Of a stretch of 64,000 bases of DNA, positions 53,335 through 63,864 are shown piece by piece. This stretch comes from Bacteroidota bacterium (GTDB lineage Bacteria; Bacteroidota; Bacteroidia; 2-12-FULL-35-15). The stretch is from assembly GCA_005772895.1 (NCBI GenBank), contig SXIH01000042.1, positions 6,042 to 70,041 on the forward strand, in the 5' to 3' direction. The position numbers and the translations under genes are program-made. The notes beneath the pieces are model-generated. The model was not told where the DNA came from. It searched no databases and saw only the letters and a list, made by a program, of their open reading frames with translations. The first letter of the stretch is position 1, and each line of letters begins with the position of its first letter.

Positions 53335-53408
53335 AACAAAACAATTGCTTTTTCAAAAAAATGTTCTAGTTTTGATTTACAAGTTTACTCAATCCTCATA
53401 AAACTAAT

Positions 53409-54653
53409 ATGAATAATTTAGATACGTTTATAGCTGTAACTACAGCGATCATTTTTATTCTGATAGTTTCACATACTTGTGGAAGAATATTTCAATACAT
53501 AGGACAACCCAAGGTTGTTGGAGAAATGATTTCCGGAGTATTGTTAGGTCCAACCTGTTTTGGATATTTTTGTCCTGACTTAAGTGCTCAAATTTTCAGT
53601 AAAGAGATGATGCCTTTTTTATTCGTCATCAGCAATCTAGGATTATCATTTTATATGTTCCTAATTGGGTCTGAAATTGATTTTAAAAATTTTACTCCAA
53701 AAATATTAAAGCGTTCATCACTTCTATCTTCAGTTGCAATAATTTTCCCTTTCATTTTCGGAGCTATAGCAGCCTTATGGTATTTTGATATTTTCACTAT
53801 GCCCGGAATTTCCTTTACATCATTTACAATATTTTTGGGAACTGCTTTTGCCATCACAGCCTTTCCGATGCTAGCGAGAATTCTTGATGAAAAGAAAATT
53901 CTCAATACAGAAATTGGCGTTTTAACAATTTCATCTGCATGTATTCAAGATGTAGTTTCTTGGATACTTTTATCGTTTGTTACGGCTGCTGCAGCTCACA
54001 AAGGAATGGAAGCTGGCTATATTACTTTATTCGGAGGAATGGGTTTTATTGCAATTGTATTTTTAATTGTGAGACCACTTCTAAAAATTATTGGTAAACG
54101 CAGTCAAAAACATGGATACCTCAGTCAACCTGATTTTGTGATTATTGTAGTTTTATTATTGGCAGCTGCTCTTATTACCGACAAACTTGGATTGTATTCT
54201 GTATTTGGTGGTTTTATTTTAGGATTGGCTGTTCCGCGTGATCCTGTATTTTCAAAAGGTATTCAGGATAAACTGAAGGACTTCACACAAGCTATTCTTC
54301 TTCCTTTGTTCTTTACGTTTTCCGGATTGAATGCGAATATGTTAGTACTGGGCAATCTTACCAATTTTGTTCCAACATTAATTATTATTGGCTTTGCGTT
54401 TTTCAGTAAATATGCATCTGCGCTGATTGCAATGAAATTAACAGGATTTAGTTGGAGGGAATCATCAGCCATTGGAGGATTAACAAACGCGAGAGGATTA
54501 ATGGAATTAATTGTTGCTAATATTGGATTATCCTATGCTGTTATCACTAAAGATCTTTATTCCATTTTAGTTTTAATTGCCATCTTAACAACCTTGTTTG
54601 CTATGCCTATTTATAATTTCTCGATGGGAATTAAAAAGAAAAGCAAAAAATAA
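53409..54653 (+). CDS. Cation:proton antiporter (CPA2/Kef-type)
   Basis: GQPKVVGEMISGVLLGP, ITAFPMLARIL, DVVSW, NARGLMELI. Confidence 0.9.
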   Translation: MNNLDTFIAVTTAIIFILIVSHTCGRIFQYIGQPKVVGEMISGVLLGPTCFGYFCPDLSAQIFSKEMMPFLFVISNLGLSFYMFLIGSEIDFKNFTPKILKRSSLLSSVAIIFPFIFGAIAALWYFDIFTMPGISFTSFTIFLGTAFAITAFPMLARILDEKKILNTEIGVLTISSACIQDVVSWILLSFVTAAAAHKGMEAGYITLFGGMGFIAIVFLIVRPLLKIIGKRSQKHGYLSQPDFVIIVVLLLAAALITDKLGLYSVFGGFILGLAVPRDPVFSKGIQDKLKDFTQAILLPLFFTFSGLNANMLVLGNLTNFVPTLIIIGFAFFSKYASALIAMKLTGFSWRESSAIGGLTNARGLMELIVANIGLSYAVITKDLYSILVLIAILTTLFAMPIYNFSMGIKKKSKK

Positions 54654-54658
54654 TTTTC

Positions 54659-54694
54659 AAAAAAAATCCAGACAATAAATGTCTGGATTTTTTT
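54659..54694. terminator. Bidirectional terminator
   Basis: aaaaaaatccagaca-ataaa-tgtctggattttttt. Confidence 0.85.
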
Positions 54695-55730
54695 ATATCA
54701 TATTCTTTTGTTTGAATAGTGCACCTTTCAAGATATGGTATTTTAGCGACACTTCTACTCCACCATTATACTTAGATGTTTCCTTATAAGAAGAAATATT
54801 AACATCATAAGAAACACCAAAAGTAAAATCCGACATAGTAAAAAATACAGATGGAATAATTGCATCCTTGTAACGATAATAAACACCAACTCCTAATGCT
54901 GATTCAGTAATTAATCCTGTAATTTTTGTTTCGTTTTTAAAACGGTAACGAATTGCACATCCTGCAGTAATTTCAGAAGCTTTCCCTTGTTGAAAATAAA
55001 TTAAAGAAGGAAGAAATGCTACTTTAGTTCCTGGTCGATCTAAATGAGCATTCATATTCACAACTAATTTTCCGTATAATTTTTCAGTAACAGAAAAATA
55101 TTTTTGTGTAGGTTGGTTTAAATGAAAATAGGCAACTCCAATGTCAACTTTTCTTTTTTCATTTCTGGCAAATTTTACTTTCCCATTTGAATGTTCGTAA
55201 TACAACCCTGCACCCAAATCCAAATAAAAAAATGAAGTGGTAGGTGTAGTTTCATTGTTTGCCATTGCTGTATTAAAACCTTGTCCGTCATACTGATTCC
55301 CCCAATACAATCCTGCAATATTAGCTTTATGCTGAGCCCCTCCAACCATCAAGCCCATAGAAAATTTACTTTCCTTACTAACCGGAAGAATTGCTGCTAA
55401 ACATAAATTGGCTTGAGTTAATCCGAAATTAGAATCTCCTGCTTTGTCGCTGAAAAAATTTATTCCTGCACCTAAGTGAGCATTCTTTTCTTTTTTGTCA
55501 AACAAAGGCATATCCACAGAAGCTGCAACAGTATTAAATGCATTACCCATTGCCGACCATTGATTTTTATAGTTTGCAATTGCACGCACATAACCACTAT
55601 AAACTCCAGTAGCACCAGGATTTAATAACTGAGGGGTTTCGTTGTACTGTGAAAAATGTACATCTTGCGCAAATGAAAAAAATGAGCAAAATGAAAAAAC
55701 GAATACTATCGATTTATTTTTGAAACTCAT
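54693..55730 (-). CDS. PorP/SprF family T9SS membrane protein
   Basis: AQDVHFSQY..P..LNPG.TG, NYKNQW, YRYKDA, GVSYDVN, GGVEVSL. Confidence 0.9.
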   Translation of the reverse strand: MSFKNKSIVFVFSFCSFFSFAQDVHFSQYNETPQLLNPGATGVYSGYVRAIANYKNQWSAMGNAFNTVAASVDMPLFDKKEKNAHLGAGINFFSDKAGDSNFGLTQANLCLAAILPVSKESKFSMGLMVGGAQHKANIAGLYWGNQYDGQGFNTAMANNETTPTTSFFYLDLGAGLYYEHSNGKVKFARNEKRKVDIGVAYFHLNQPTQKYFSVTEKLYGKLVVNMNAHLDRPGTKVAFLPSLIYFQQGKASEITAGCAIRYRFKNETKITGLITESALGVGVYYRYKDAIIPSVFFTMSDFTFGVSYDVNISSYKETSKYNGGVEVSLKYHILKGALFKQKNMI

Positions 55731-55739
55731 AAATTCAAA

Positions 55740-58229
55740 TTAGCGAACAAGTGTAATGTTACCTTTTTTCTGTACCAGAGTACCATCAGGCATTACACCA
55801 GAAACACGATAAGCAAATACTCCGGGATTACAATCTTGTCCCATAAATTTTCCATCCCAACCTTCTGATCTGTCGGTTGACTTAAATACTTCTTGTCCCC
55901 AACGATTATAAATGTGGAAATCTAATTTATCAATACTACCAAGTACAAATAAAATATCGTTGTTGTTATCGCCATTTGGAGAAAAAACATTTGGAATACC
56001 AACTTCAGATCCACCTTGAGGTTCATCTGTTTTGCGGAAAACTGCAATTACATTTTCGCCTGTAGTAAAAGTTACTTGAGCAGAATCACTGACAAAACTT
56101 GGTGTTGGCGTATGACTTGGCATTTCCCAATGATCGAAAACATAAGGACTGTTTGGAGTTGCTTTTAACTTTGTTACAATTCCACCAAAATAACTCCCTG
56201 TATAAATATAAGAAGAAGGTGTGATACTATTAATTTGAATATTTCCGGCACCTGCAGGCTGAACATCAAAAGTTACTGTGTAAGGACCAGTTAAAGAATA
56301 ACAATCTATAAGACCCTGTGTCAAAGCTGTACAACGTTGATCAATTTCTGATCTGAATGTAGCAGCATTGGCTTTCCAAGTAGAATAAGAACCTCCCCAC
56401 TTAGCGCATTGTCCCGTCATTTCAGGATCAATCACGGCAACCATACTATCCAACAATGGCAAAGCAAATGAGCAGTTTAATTTAGTATTCATTAAATCGA
56501 TGTAACGTGCCTGATAATATTGCTCAAAATCAGGATTCGCCATTAAAGCATTTAAAATTTGTGTATGACCTTGTCCACCCGGATCAGGCAAACCTTCCAC
56601 ATTACATGGGTCAGCATTTGGTGATGGATCAGGAATTCCCGTGTAATTAATATAATGTCCTAAAATAGCATCTAAATCCCAAAGAGTGTAGCGCCATTTT
56701 TGTTTATTTCCCAATGGATCTAATCCTCTCCACCATGCAGTATTCCAGTCTAACCAGTCGGAAGTAGCAAGCCATGAATTATATACAAAATAATCAACAA
56801 AACTTTCTATGTTAAAAATGCTATCAACAAATGCGTAATTAGCAGGCACCGCCATGCTGTTGGAAGTAATGTAATTTCTGATAAAATTCCAATCTGTTTG
56901 CGCTTGTGCTCCGCCATATGCGCTCCAAGTTCCGCCCCAAGTTTGAAGGAATTGAACAAAGGGATCATCTTGTTTATAATAGTAATCTGTAAAATCTAAA
57001 TCATCAACTTTTTCGCGCACATCATATACTCCCCAATATTGTCCATTCAGATAAACGATTGCGGGAGCCCACGAACGCTCATCCATTTTTAAATTTGCTC
57101 TTTGAGACAAGTGATGCGCATAAGAATCGCGTATATGCGCAGGTGCTCCCGGAGCATAAGGATAATTATCATTTGCGGCTGCCTTAAAAATTAATCTCTG
57201 AAAAGAACTGCGACCTTTGGTAGCAAAAAGCTGAGAATTCACAGCATAATTATAACCCATTTCATCTTTGGAAACATAATCGAACCCTCTTTGATTATAA
57301 GCCCATGAATCATTTCCGTGCTCATTTGTTTCTCCATTTGTTTCTGCAATTAATGCTTTTGTTTTATCGTAATATTCTAAGCCTGTTTCTGCAGTTAGAG
57401 AAGAGCCGGCTAATAAATCATCGGTTAAATCACCAAATACTGAAACAACTGGAATTGTATGCGTTTGATTAATAAAATACGTATTGCTTTCAATAAAACT
57501 AGCAGGCTCTAAAGGGTTTGTGCTAAAAGCTTTTGCTCTCAGAACTGTAGTAGAAGAGATATTTACCGGAACTGTATAAGTTGTAGATGCTGCAGTTGGG
57601 ATAGAACCATTTGTTGTATATCGGATTGTTAATCCTGCTGTGGCAGTAATAGTAACCGTTTGAGCACCTCCATAAAATCCGGAAGCAACACTCATTGTTG
57701 GCTTACTAGCATATTCCAACATTGCTCCTGTATTGTTTGCCATAAGAGTTGGAGAAGTAAAAACCGACCAGGTAGCTGCACCATTTGTAGTTCTTCCTCT
57801 CGAATGATTTGCTTGTGTTGGGACTAAGGCAAATCCATCTATAATTGTTCCTGCAGGATCAGCAAATACAATGTCTTCGGGTTTTGTCTGTGTAAATTTT
57901 ACTCCCGCATGCACATGTCCGGCAACAAACATATTTCTTCCGGATGCCCATATTCTTAGAAAACCTCCGGCAGGAATTGAAACACCAGCAGGAATAGGCC
58001 ATTTAGTAGGATTACTTATTTTATCACTTATGTAATATCCGGTTAGAGTAACAGCAGAAGCACCTGCATTGTATAATTCTATCCAATCGGGTGTGTCGCC
58101 AAAGTTATCTGTAATACTCGTATTTGAACAAGAGTATTCATTTATCATCACTTGACTGTTTACTTTATTAGAATAAGAAAGTAACAAAACAGTAAGAGAA
58201 AAAATCGGGAGGTAATTTTTCAACTTCAT
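55740..58229 (-). CDS. T9SS type B CTD cargo: lamin-tail + FN3-associated + CotH kinase domain
   Basis: INE...DWIELYN (LTD); IRYTTNGS.P; YLNGQYWGVY..REK, DW..N, KWRY.LWDLD (CotH); IPNVFSPNGD..YNRWG. Confidence 0.88.
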   Translation of the reverse strand: MKLKNYLPIFSLTVLLLSYSNKVNSQVMINEYSCSNTSITDNFGDTPDWIELYNAGASAVTLTGYYISDKISNPTKWPIPAGVSIPAGGFLRIWASGRNMFVAGHVHAGVKFTQTKPEDIVFADPAGTIIDGFALVPTQANHSRGRTTNGAATWSVFTSPTLMANNTGAMLEYASKPTMSVASGFYGGAQTVTITATAGLTIRYTTNGSIPTAASTTYTVPVNISSTTVLRAKAFSTNPLEPASFIESNTYFINQTHTIPVVSVFGDLTDDLLAGSSLTAETGLEYYDKTKALIAETNGETNEHGNDSWAYNQRGFDYVSKDEMGYNYAVNSQLFATKGRSSFQRLIFKAAANDNYPYAPGAPAHIRDSYAHHLSQRANLKMDERSWAPAIVYLNGQYWGVYDVREKVDDLDFTDYYYKQDDPFVQFLQTWGGTWSAYGGAQAQTDWNFIRNYITSNSMAVPANYAFVDSIFNIESFVDYFVYNSWLATSDWLDWNTAWWRGLDPLGNKQKWRYTLWDLDAILGHYINYTGIPDPSPNADPCNVEGLPDPGGQGHTQILNALMANPDFEQYYQARYIDLMNTKLNCSFALPLLDSMVAVIDPEMTGQCAKWGGSYSTWKANAATFRSEIDQRCTALTQGLIDCYSLTGPYTVTFDVQPAGAGNIQINSITPSSYIYTGSYFGGIVTKLKATPNSPYVFDHWEMPSHTPTPSFVSDSAQVTFTTGENVIAVFRKTDEPQGGSEVGIPNVFSPNGDNNNDILFVLGSIDKLDFHIYNRWGQEVFKSTDRSEGWDGKFMGQDCNPGVFAYRVSGVMPDGTLVQKKGNITLVR

Positions 58230-58324
58230 GAAAAATAGAATTTAATGATGAATTAATTCAACTAATATACTACAATTATCTTGGTTTTCAAAACATTATA
58301 TAAACAATGAGGTGTTCATTAAAT

Positions 58325-58362
58325 AAAAAGGCATTGAAACTTAGGTTTCAATGCCTTTTTTT
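58325..58362. terminator. Rho-independent terminator
   Basis: aaaaaggcattgaaac-ttag-gtttcaatgccttttttt. Confidence 0.85.
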
Positions 58363-58390
58363 ATCTAAATGGATGTCTGGAATAAATATT

Positions 58391-59145
58391 TTAGAATTTG
58401 ACGCTCAACCCAATACCAATATTGAAACCATTGCCTTTTAGTTTATATTTCCAGTTATTTTCATCATTAAGATTAGAATCTGAATTGTTTGAGAAAAGAA
58501 AACTAGGATAATTATAGCCCATGTATCCAACATGAAAAGCTAAACCAACATGTTGCTCCTTCCCGAAATAAATTTTTGGCATTAAAAGTATCCGTAATTC
58601 ATCCCATTATCCTTTGCCATTGCACCGCTATTATCAACACTTGTAGGATCTGTATCCGGATTATTTTGTAAATACTTAAAATTAGAATACCCCATTGTTA
58701 AACAAAGTGGCATATCAAACCGTTTTCCTTTCACTAAGTGAAAATTTACATTCAAACCAAAATCAATTGAACGCGCCTTAGGCTTATAAGTATGGGTTAC
58801 TTTTGTTGGAGTATAAACAGTATCGTATTGAGTTTCTTCAATATAATTTGAATAGCCAAAACGAAAACCAATTCCCAACCAATCTGTAACACCATATTCC
58901 CCGCTCAATCCATAAATAGTTGAACCGGCACCATCTGTGGTGTCTTCCACTACTCGTCTAGTTGCAATAGCACTTCCATTCCAATAATCCTCATCATACT
59001 CTGCATGAACTTTAGTTCCATAAATAGCGAAACCTATACTAGGGTCGATTGTTATTGAACCTTTATGAAAGGCTTTATCTTCTTGTGCATTTATTGCATT
59101 GAAAGAAAAACAAATTAAAAGAAATGGGAGAAATGTTCTTTTCAT
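58391..59145 (-). pseudogene. Outer-membrane beta-barrel protein split by a 1-nt frameshift near 58590 (pseudogene or assembly error)
   Basis: ORF 58582-59145 has the signal peptide and beta strands; ORF 58391-58582 ends in the barrel signature GIGLSVKF; one added base gives ...NYGILLMPKIYF... Confidence 0.7.
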
Positions 59146-59171
59146 AGTTACATGTATTTAAATTTAAATTT

Positions 59172-59588
59172 TTAATGCCAAACGGTCATAATAATTGAAG
59201 CCAAAATAATTCCTACAATGTGGTAACCTGAATCAATCAAAGTCAGCTTTAATCCTCTTTGTCCGTACCAATTATTAATTGCAATGATGGTTGTAGTAAG
59301 ACCAAGACTAAAAAAAGCACCTACTTTAATTGCGGAGACACAGTTTGGAGTACCTAGTATCCAAATAACAAATGCCATTACAAAACAAATTCCGAATTCT
59401 GCAATAAGCGTATACAAGTAAACAATTTTGCTTCCATTCATTAGCTGTTCTTTTGTTCTTCCTACATTTTCCATCCATGCTTTTGCAAACAATAATGGAG
59501 AATACCATAAAGCGCCAAGAACAAAATATGCAACTGCAGCAACAATAATTGCTAAAAAGTTGGTTTGATGTAAAAATGTTTGAAACAT
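59172..59588 (-). CDS. DUF1761 membrane protein
   Basis: NFLAIIVAA..LGALWYSPLLF.KAW...LIDSGYH. Confidence 0.85.
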   Translation of the reverse strand: MFQTFLHQTNFLAIIVAAVAYFVLGALWYSPLLFAKAWMENVGRTKEQLMNGSKIVYLYTLIAEFGICFVMAFVIWILGTPNCVSAIKVGAFFSLGLTTTIIAINNWYGQRGLKLTLIDSGYHIVGIILASIIMTVWH

Positions 59589-59641
59589 GATTTCTAGGTT
59601 TTAGTTTAACAACATTTATCAGAATAAAATTAGAACAATTT

Positions 59642-61120
59642 TTAAGAAGAAAACATAAGCTGCATAAAGTATATCGACAAGGTTATTAACATTATTCCTA
59701 TAAAGTCGAGAGCAAAACCGGTTTTCAGCATATCGTTGACCTTAATTCTCTTGGTCCCAAAAACTATAGTATTGGCCCCTGTAGCCACAGGAAGCATAAA
59801 TCCCAAAGAAGCAGCCAATGTTGCCGGCACCATTAATAATAAAGGATTTATATCCATTGTATGCTGAACAGCAATTAACACCGGCAACATTAATTGAATA
59901 CATGCAACATTAGAAGCAAATTCGCTGATTATGCAAACAAGAATACACATAGAAAATATCAATAAATAGATATTTGTTTCAGGTGTAAACTTTAATTGAG
60001 TTGCGAGCCAAGTGCTCAATCCTGACAATTCAAATCCTTTTGCTAGTGCAAACCCACCACCGAAAAGTAAAATAATATCAAATGGTAATTTAGAAACTTC
60101 TGACCATGTCATTAATGCTCTTCCTTTTTCAGATTTAGCCGGGATTAAAAACAACAACACCGCCATAAAAACTGCAATGGTGCTATCCTGCAAAAATTCT
60201 TTATTAGGAAATATATTCCAATTACTCCAACCTGAAAATTTAAAAGCTCCGAAATCAATATCAGCACGTGTAAACCATAACACAGCAGTTAAAATGAAAA
60301 TTAAAGAAACCATTTTTTCTTCAAAACTCATTTTTCCTAATCGTTTGTATGCGTCAGAAAAATATGTTTTTTCAATAGCAAGAAGCACATCCTTTTTGAT
60401 GAACATTTTTTTCAAAACAAAAAAAGCAAGAAACAAGAAAATTAGCGCTATTGGAAAACAGATTTTAAACCAAACAAAAAAATTCATATCGTGGTTGTCA
60501 GGAAATTTTTCGTTGTATTCTCGTAAAAAAATCATGTTAGTCGGAGTCCCAACCAATGTTGACATTCCACCAATTGTTGCAGAATAAGCCAAACCAATTA
60601 ACAAAGCTGCAGCCATTTTATGCGAATGATGCTCTTCTTTAAAATGCTGTTCTATTTGCACAATTACTGCTAAAACTGCTGATAACAACATCATAACTGT
60701 AGCTGTGTTTGATATCCACATTGAAATTAAAAAAGAGGTTAACATTACTCCAAATAAAATTCTTGATGGACTTGTTCCAACCAGCATTAAAATTTTTAAA
60801 GCAATACGTTTATGCAAATTCCAACGCTCAATTGCAAATGCGATAATGAATCCACCTATAAAAAGAAAAATAATCGGATCCATGTATTGGAAAGCGGTAG
60901 TTTTTGAATCCGCTATTCCTAAAACTGGAAGTAAAACAACCGGAAGCAAAGCGGTAACTGCTAAATGAACTGCTTCAGTCAACCACCAAACTGCCATCCA
61001 AACTGCTACTGCAGCCATTCGGGTAACCAGTGGATTGCCCGGCATTAAATCAAATCCGAAAAAGATGATAACAGCCAATAAAGGACCTAAAATTAATTTT
61101 ATTTGTTTTGCAGAAATCAT
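59642..61120 (-). CDS. SLC13/DASS family sodium:dicarboxylate/sulfate symporter
   Basis: Likely start MISAKQ (61120); WWLTEA, SMWISNTAT, GTPTN, LLFGGG, FMLPVAT. Confidence 0.92.
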   Translation of the reverse strand: MISAKQIKLILGPLLAVIIFFGFDLMPGNPLVTRMAAVAVWMAVWWLTEAVHLAVTALLPVVLLPVLGIADSKTTAFQYMDPIIFLFIGGFIIAFAIERWNLHKRIALKILMLVGTSPSRILFGVMLTSFLISMWISNTATVMMLLSAVLAVIVQIEQHFKEEHHSHKMAAALLIGLAYSATIGGMSTLVGTPTNMIFLREYNEKFPDNHDMNFFVWFKICFPIALIFLFLAFFVLKKMFIKKDVLLAIEKTYFSDAYKRLGKMSFEEKMVSLIFILTAVLWFTRADIDFGAFKFSGWSNWNIFPNKEFLQDSTIAVFMAVLLFLIPAKSEKGRALMTWSEVSKLPFDIILLFGGGFALAKGFELSGLSTWLATQLKFTPETNIYLLIFSMCILVCIISEFASNVACIQLMLPVLIAVQHTMDINPLLLMVPATLAASLGFMLPVATGANTIVFGTKRIKVNDMLKTGFALDFIGIMLITLSIYFMQLMFSS

Positions 61121-61216
61121 ATTCTGTTTTTGCGATGAAATTATTTTTAGTTTTACAATCAGATAATAAAACAAACTTAAGCATATTCTTTATTATCGGT
61201 ATATTAAAAAAACAAA

Positions 61217-62182
61217 ATGAGTCAACTTAGAATAGTTTTTATGGGTACTCCGGAATTTGCAGTGGAGTCGCTTGACATACTTATTAAAAACAATTATAAC
61301 ATTGTTGCCGTTATAACTGTTCCCGATAAACCTGCAGGGCGAGGACAAGAAATTCAACAATCAGCTGTAAAAAAATATGCTTTAGAAAAAGGTTTAACTA
61401 TTCTTCAACCCGAAAAATTAAAAGACGAAAATTTTCTGAATCAACTTCGCGGATTAAAAGCAGACTTACAAATTGTAGTAGCATTCCGTATGCTTCCTGA
61501 AATTGTATGGAACATGCCACGGCTAGGAACTATTAACCTGCATGGCTCATTACTTCCGCAATACAGAGGAGCAGCACCAATTAACTGGGCAGTAATAAAT
61601 GGTGAAAAAGAAACAGGTGTATCTACTTTTTTTCTTCAGCACGAAATTGATACGGGTAAAATTATTTTCAGAGAAAAAACTCCGATTGGCGAAAATGAAA
61701 CTGCAGGAGAAATTCACGATCGTTTAATGATTATTGGAGCCGAATTAATTTTAAAAACAGTAAAAGCTATTGAAGAAAATAATTATCCTCAAATTGATCA
61801 AGCCGAATTAATTGCAAAAGGAGAAAAAGAAAAACATGCACCAAAAATATTTAAGGAAGATTGTAAAATTGATTGGAATAAAAATGTTAACGATATTCAT
61901 AACTTTATAAGAGGCTTAAGCCCTTATCCTGCAGCATTTTCAACACTCCTCGCTCCTGATGGGAAAACGTATTCGGTAAAATTATTTAAAACAGAAATAG
62001 AAAATACCACACATTCATTTTCAATTGGCGCTGTAATAACTGACTCAAAAACCCATTTAAAGATTTCGGTTAAAAATGGATATATTATAATAAAAGAGCT
62101 ACAATTAGCAGGAAAGAAGAAAATGGCTACAACTGAATTTTTAAGGGGCTTTCCGATGAACAATGACTGGAAATCAATCTAA
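61217..62182 (+). CDS. fmt: Methionyl-tRNA formyltransferase
   Basis: IVFMGTPEFA, NLHGSLLPQYRGAAPINW, IRGLSPYP. Confidence 0.97.
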   Translation: MSQLRIVFMGTPEFAVESLDILIKNNYNIVAVITVPDKPAGRGQEIQQSAVKKYALEKGLTILQPEKLKDENFLNQLRGLKADLQIVVAFRMLPEIVWNMPRLGTINLHGSLLPQYRGAAPINWAVINGEKETGVSTFFLQHEIDTGKIIFREKTPIGENETAGEIHDRLMIIGAELILKTVKAIEENNYPQIDQAELIAKGEKEKHAPKIFKEDCKIDWNKNVNDIHNFIRGLSPYPAAFSTLLAPDGKTYSVKLFKTEIENTTHSFSIGAVITDSKTHLKISVKNGYIIIKELQLAGKKKMATTEFLRGFPMNNDWKSI

Positions 62183-62445
62183 TAATTCGCTGATTTTCAA
62201 TACGTACTACCATTACTAATGTTCGCTATCAGACTGACACCTGTCTGTACATTAACAACAAAAGTCGATTCAATGGTTAGATATTCTGAAAGGTAGCTAT
62301 ATATACCATTACAGACCTAGTTATTAACAAAAAGTCGACTTATCAACAATTTCTCATTTTTTTAGCTCTAAATGTTGCACCGATAGGGAATCTTACTAAT
62401 TTTGTTACATAATTAAATGTTAAACCCTTTTAAAACAAAACAAAA

Positions 62446-62721
62446 ATGAACAAAGCAGAATTAGTTGACGCTATCTCAGCAGAAGCAAAATTGACAAAAG
62501 CAGATGCTCAAAGAGCATTAGATGCATTCGTAAACGCTACAACAAAAGCACTTAAAAAAGGTGACAGAGTTGCATTAGTTGGTTTCGGATCTTTCTCTAT
62601 CTCTAAAAGAGCTGCTAGAGTTGGTCGTAACCCTCAAACTGGAAAAGCAATTAAAATTGCTGCTAAAAAAGTTGCAAAGTTCAAAGCTGGCGCTGATTTA
62701 GCTAAAACAGTTAACAAATAG
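62446..62721 (+). CDS. hup: HU family DNA-binding protein
   Basis: MNKAELVDAI..GFGSF..RAARVGRNPQTG; TAATTTTG promoter at 62397-62404. Confidence 0.97.
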   Translation: MNKAELVDAISAEAKLTKADAQRALDAFVNATTKALKKGDRVALVGFGSFSISKRAARVGRNPQTGKAIKIAAKKVAKFKAGADLAKTVNK

Positions 62722-62740
62722 TCGTTGACTAAAGCAAAAT

Positions 62741-62775
62741 AAAAAAGTCCTTCCGATATTCGGGAGGACTTTTTT
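62741..62775 (+). terminator. Rho-independent terminator
   Basis: aaaaaagtccttccg-atatt-cgggaggactttttt. Confidence 0.85.
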
Positions 62776-62808
62776 ATTTTATGTACTTTCGTGACTCAAA
62801 ATTAAATT

Positions 62809-63864
62809 ATGAGCAAACAAGAAAAAATAAACAATTTCGACCCAAACGGTTTGGGTGATGCAACAAATAATATTTATGGCTTACCATTTACTATAGATGA
62901 AGCCGAAGTCGTAATCCTTCCTGTTCCTTGGGAAGTTACTGTTTCCTACAGTGGCGGAACAGCATTGGGTCCTCAAGTGGTTTACAATGCGTCTTACCAG
63001 GTAGATTTATTTGACCCTAAAATTCCAGACGCATGGAAAATAGGATTGGCAATGGATTCTATCTCTGATGATATTGCGAGTAAAAGCGAAAGTTTAAGAA
63101 GAAAAGCAGAAAGCTATATTGAACTTTTGCAAGAGGGCGATACACCGGAATCAAATCACGAAATGGAAGATATGCGCAAACTTATAAATTCTGAGTGTGT
63201 AAAGATGAATAATTGGGTGAAAGAAAAATCACTCTCCTTCATGGATAAAAATAAAATTGTTGCTTTGTTGGGTGGCGACCACTCTACTCCACTTGGTTTG
63301 ATGCAAGCATTAGCAGAAAAAAATAATTCTTTTGCCATTTTACAAATTGATGCACATGCCGATTTGAGAGATGCTTATGAAGGATTTGAGTTTTCTCATG
63401 CATCTATCATGTTTAATGCTTTAAAAATTCCTCAAGTTTCTAAACTGGTTCAAGTTGGTATTCGCGATTATTGCCAGGCAGAATTTGATTTGATAAAAAA
63501 CTCAAATGGAAGAGTTCATACTTTTTTTGACAGAGATATTAAACACAGACAACTAGATGGCGCAACATGGACAACCATTTGCAACGACATTATAGCACAA
63601 TTACCAAACGAAATTTATTTAAGTTTTGACATTGATGGTCTGGATCCCAAACTTTGTCCGAGCACCGGAACTCCCGTTGCAGGAGGTTTTGAATTTGAAC
63701 AAATATTAATGTTAATTGAAAAGATTGTTGATTCAGGAAAACGGATAATTGCATTTGATATAAATGAAGTTGCACCCGGAGGAGATGAATGGGATGCAAA
63801 TGTGGGGGCAAGATTATTATATCGTATTTCAAATATGGTTGCAAAATCGAATGGGCGCGTTTAA
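62809..63864 (+). CDS. Agmatinase/arginase-family ureohydrolase
   Basis: GGDHS, DAHADL, SFDIDGLDP..TGTPV.GG. Confidence 0.9.
   Translation: MSKQEKINNFDPNGLGDATNNIYGLPFTIDEAEVVILPVPWEVTVSYSGGTALGPQVVYNASYQVDLFDPKIPDAWKIGLAMDSISDDIASKSESLRRKAESYIELLQEGDTPESNHEMEDMRKLINSECVKMNNWVKEKSLSFMDKNKIVALLGGDHSTPLGLMQALAEKNNSFAILQIDAHADLRDAYEGFEFSHASIMFNALKIPQVSKLVQVGIRDYCQAEFDLIKNSNGRVHTFFDRDIKHRQLDGATWTTICNDIIAQLPNEIYLSFDIDGLDPKLCPSTGTPVAGGFEFEQILMLIEKIVDSGKRIIAFDINEVAPGGDEWDANVGARLLYRISNMVAKSNGRV

Noticed and set aside
62321-62348. Replication origin near hup
   Set aside because: Only one or two imperfect DnaA-box-like 9-mers; no box cluster or dnaA context
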